A stretch of DNA of 64,000 nt, from positions 1-64,000 of the IMG/VR virus record IMGVR_UViG_3300050821_012250; one strand, 5' to 3'. Of the stretch, positions 60,635-64,000 are shown piece after piece. Below the pieces are notes generated by a model. The model ran no database searches. It had not been told where the DNA came from and saw nothing but the letters and a program-made list of their open reading frames with translations. Position numbers and translations under genes: made by a program. Position 1 is the first letter of the stretch. Each line of letters starts with the position of its first letter. The DNA is from a virus.

Positions 60635-63138
60635 GCAAAGAACTGCCGTCCAAGGAACAGCGAACCACTCCAGGCGAGCACGGGCATCTCACAACGGCTG
60701 ACAGGGATGCTTGCCCCGTGTGCAACCCGACCTCAAATCGGAAGTTACATCGCTGTCCCGATTGTAAAAATCAGTTCGTGCAGCCGTTCGTGTGCACGAC
60801 CTGCGGCGCCGAGAAACTCTACGACGAAACCGTGCGGTCTCAGGCTGCCACTATTGAGCGGCTGCGCAACACCACCGCCGTGCTAAAAACCGTCTACAGA
60901 CTCGCGGGCGGACACTCAATCGAATGCCAGTGCAGGCAATGCGAAATATTCGAGTTGCTGGAGCCCATCGTCGGCAACACCAGTCAGAGAAACGCCGACG
61001 AGACGCCTGCGCTCCCCACGCAAATGCTGTTGGACGCCGTCAATCGGCTCACCGAAGTACTCCACGAATCGGATCACATCCATTTGGCAACACTATGGAC
61101 CGAATTGCAGCGCCTGCGCGTCGGCTCATCGGAGGAACCGACAGGAAGTCGAACCAGTGAGGAGGCCATTCTCAGAGGGTTGTTGGCTGCCGCTTATTCC
61201 GGTAGCAATCTGTACTGCGATGATGGCGAATTGCAGGACGGGGCTGATATCCCTGTCATCGATTATCTACGCGATAGCGTGCTGGAGATTGAGCGAAAGA
61301 TTCGGGAGCGCGGCCGGCGCAAGCTTGCTAGCTCACAGGAGAAAGCCACAGCGAAGCGCTGGTGCCCGAGTTCTTTGCATCAACTCGGCGCCGATGAAAC
61401 GTGCGATTGCGTGGTTCAGCCGTGACCGCCGGCGACATCATCCCCATCCTGCTACGCGCCGCGCCTGCTATCGTGCTGACGTGGTGCCTGATCCGATCCA
61501 TTCCAATCTGGAGGGCCTATGACTGAGAAGAACGCTGAGCCGATCAATACCAAGTCATTCGGGGTTGTGATGGCACTTTCTCAACTCACGAATCAGCCAC
61601 AGCTAGATGGCCTCGGCGAGTTGGGTGAGCTACTCAAGAAGCTGATCGTCACCTCTCAGGAAATCGTAGCTCAGGTATCTTCGGGCCAACAGGCGGCATC
61701 GTGACAATCAGACGCGCGGTTATAGTCTTGTGCGGTCTGTTTGTTCTGGCTGCGCTGATCATCATGGCTCGCCGCACAGCCGAGACCAGCGCATGGATAG
61801 TCGCTGAAGGCCGGGCCGAGACGGGAGGCGCCGTCCTCCCCGTGGGAAAATTCCCAACCAAAGTCGCGTGCGAGACGGAAATCGAGCGACGGTTCCCGGG
61901 CGCTCCGAAAACGGGTCACTGGTATCTGTCCGAAGGCATCGCGTATGGGTGCTTCTCCTCCAATGTGCCCGAACTGTTGAAAGAGTCTCGGGTGCCCGAG
62001 TGGGACATGATTCATGGAGATCCACCCAAAGACGCGAATGACGTCCCGGCTGAGTGGTGCCCGGCGTCCATAGCTACTGACTATGGACAGACGCCCCCGA
62101 AGGAAATCGTGACGAACCCGGCGGGATGGTGTCGGACGGGCGATACGATCGGTGTGCCTACGGCTGGCGGATATACAGCGCAGTGAACGGGGACGATAAG
62201 CAATGAGCATGAAAGTTGAAATAGATGCCGTTGATGCCGAATTGCTCAGCGCTCTTCGGAAGTGCAAGGCATCGAGCGTAATGGCTTGGGATGTAACTCT
62301 CGCGCCGGGCGTGACGATGAAAATTGAAGTAAATTACCCGCTTACGTACATCATTCCGGCTTCGATCATATCGGCTGCCACCGCATGTATTTCGGCCAGC
62401 ATCGAGGCAGCTAAGCCACCGCAAAAGAAATTTCCCTGCACTGGTTGCTATTCGGTACCGTGTGTCTGCGGTCAATTAAAACCGGTGAGCGAGGAGCCGA
62501 AGCATGGCTAAGTTCAAAGGTCCAACACTGACAGATGCCGCCTACGTGGCGCGACTGCGAAAGGACTATCCCGAGAGATGCGATGGAAAGGGTGACGAGG
62601 AGGTGCTTGCCTATTACAACCCTGCCGGTCACAAGTATGTCGAGTGCACATTATGGGACCACCTCGGAGATGCTGCGTACGATTACGAGCGGTTGGCTGA
62701 TGCTTATCTAGCGCTTCGAGCACAGTCGGGCAAGACATGAAACCACCAAAAGAAGCTCCTGACGTGCTGCTACGTGCAGCGGACGCCGCTGTTGCGCTAT
62801 GGCGTACGCGTAAACCATTCGGGAAAAGCATGCGCTACTACGCGGAGCATCCAACTCTAAATTGGGAGTCTGGCGCTCATCGATTCGCGAAAGCCGCAGC
62901 TAAGTGGTGGTTGATACAACATCCACAGCACAGGGGTGAGCAGCCATGAATTTCCTCAAGGTGGCGGATTGCAAAGCGAATCGCGACCGGCTGGCAGAAC
63001 TCGACAGGCTGCCCCGACCACGTAGGGGAAGCCAAACCCACTGTTGGACGTGCGGTCGGTGGTGCTACGAGGTTGACCGCTGCAACCTGTTCCGGGCGAA
63101 GTTCGACTCGACACAAGATTCCATAACAGCAGGTACAA

Positions 63139-64000
63139 ATGCGTGAGTTGGCTCTTTTCGCAGGCGCTGGTGGCGGAATACTCGGGGGGGGGCTGCTCGG
63201 GTGGCGAACCGTGTGCGCAGTTGAGCGTAATGCCTACTGCGCAGCCGTTCTGGCGCAACGACAAACCGATGGTTGCCTCCGTCCTTTCCCGATTTGGTCT
63301 GACGTTACAACTTTTGACGGTCGACCATGGCGCAGCTTTATTGACATGGTTTCGGGAGGATTTCCTTGCCAGGATATCTCCGTCGCTGGCAGTGGAGTCG
63401 GACTCGATGGCGAACGATCAGGACTCTGGCGCGAGATGGCCCGCATCATTCGCGAGGTGGGACCGCGATACGTCTACGTGGAGAACTCCCCAATGCTCAC
63501 TTCTCGGGGACTCGGACGAGTTCTCGGAGACCTGGCCGAACTCGGGTTCGATGCGCAATGGGGAGTGCTCGGAGCGTCCGACGTTGGAGCTCCGCACATC
63601 CGAAAGCGGATCTGGATTCTTGCCGACGCCCGTAGCAATAGATACGGGAAGCCGATTCAATCAGTCGCCGAGCGAGGGAGCCGCATTGAGGCCGACGCTG
63701 GGCGCCATGGCGAGGTTTGGTCTGTGGCCCACTCCAACGGCGACTTTAGGCACGAAAGGGGGGCGGATAACTCCGAGGAAGAGCCGGGAGGGCGGGACGC
63801 TGATCGAAGCGGTATCAGCGCGTCGATGGCGGACGCCGAATGCCTCGGACGCGACGAAATGGTCGAATCAGTCGATGGAGGATCGCCTGACAAAGGGCCA
63901 GCAGTTGCGTTTGAACACTCAGGTATCCCCGGAGGGCGGCAAGGGTGGCCAACTGAACCCCGATTGGGTCGAGTGGCTGATGGGGTGGCCAATCGGGTGG
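63139..64000 (+). CDS. C5 cytosine DNA methyltransferase (runs off the window)
   Basis: Hand translation: LFAGAGG, GGFPCQDIS, SGLW, VENSP, APHIRKRIW, EPRLGRVADG. Confidence 0.9.
   Translation, partial: MRELALFAGAGGGILGGGLLGWRTVCAVERNAYCAAVLAQRQTDGCLRPFPIWSDVTTFDGRPWRSFIDMVSGGFPCQDISVAGSGVGLDGERSGLWREMARIIREVGPRYVYVENSPMLTSRGLGRVLGDLAELGFDAQWGVLGASDVGAPHIRKRIWILADARSNRYGKPIQSVAERGSRIEADAGRHGEVWSVAHSNGDFRHERGADNSEEEPGGRDADRSGISASMADAECLGRDEMVESVDGGSPDKGPAVAFEHSGIPGGRQGWPTEPRLGRVADGVANRV
63143..64000 (+). CDS. Overlapping +1-frame ORF, putative methyltransferase beta subunit (runs off the window)
   Basis: GTG coupled to the upstream TGA; stop-free MSWLFSQAL..SETWP..LWPTP..WRTP..LNPDWVEWLMGWPIGW. 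Confidence 0.7.
   Translation, partial: MSWLFSQALVAEYSGGGCSGGEPCAQLSVMPTAQPFWRNDKPMVASVLSRFGLTLQLLTVDHGAALLTWFREDFLARISPSLAVESDSMANDQDSGARWPASFARWDRDTSTWRTPQCSLLGDSDEFSETWPNSGSMRNGECSERPTLELRTSESGSGFLPTPVAIDTGSRFNQSPSEGAALRPTLGAMARFGLWPTPTATLGTKGGRITPRKSREGGTLIEAVSARRWRTPNASDATKWSNQSMEDRLTKGQQLRLNTQVSPEGGKGGQLNPDWVEWLMGWPIGW

Noticed and set aside
63184-63192. G9 tract in the methyltransferase as a phase-variation switch
   Set aside because: In frame in both ORFs and within a normally Gly-rich motif; no evidence of length variation from a single sequence
1-64000. Integrase, att sites, lysis genes, genetic-code reassignment
   Set aside because: None recognised in the window; conserved genes translate intact with the standard code, so lifestyle cannot be determined

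Overview
64 kb of a tailed dsDNA phage or prophage with a P22-like head and neck module. The host is probably a Gammaproteobacterium, inferred from its LexA- and CsrA-like genes. The minus strand (1-43.7 kb) runs primase/VapE, a putative iteron origin, terS, terL, ~13 kb of accessory genes (Q-like antiterminator, tandem GroES, TnpB, methyltransferase), portal, scaffold, coat, free-standing HNH, nearly charge-free S/T/N-rich virion proteins interleaved with glycosyl- and methyltransferases, then gp4- and gp10-like neck proteins. The plus strand (46.5-64 kb) carries early genes: frameshifted csrA, MazG-like, SLOG, DHH, SPFH, a PRS+NAMPT pair (NARP1-like), RecT, Gp157, HNH, DUF1643 and a C5 DNA methyltransferase. 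Signals not evident from the ORF track: (1) a 260-nt ORF-less group I intron in the coat gene, which also lacks a canonical start codon; (2) a class 3 (WCT) LAGLIDADG intein starting with His in the portal; (3) copies of the scaffold's C-terminal motif on two unrelated small proteins, possible capsid-cargo tags; (4) a TnpB with a rearranged RuvC site bounded by CATGAG repeats; (5) a fully dual-coded methyltransferase locus; (6) tRNA-Gln(UUG). All family calls come from motif recognition by eye; no database searches were run.
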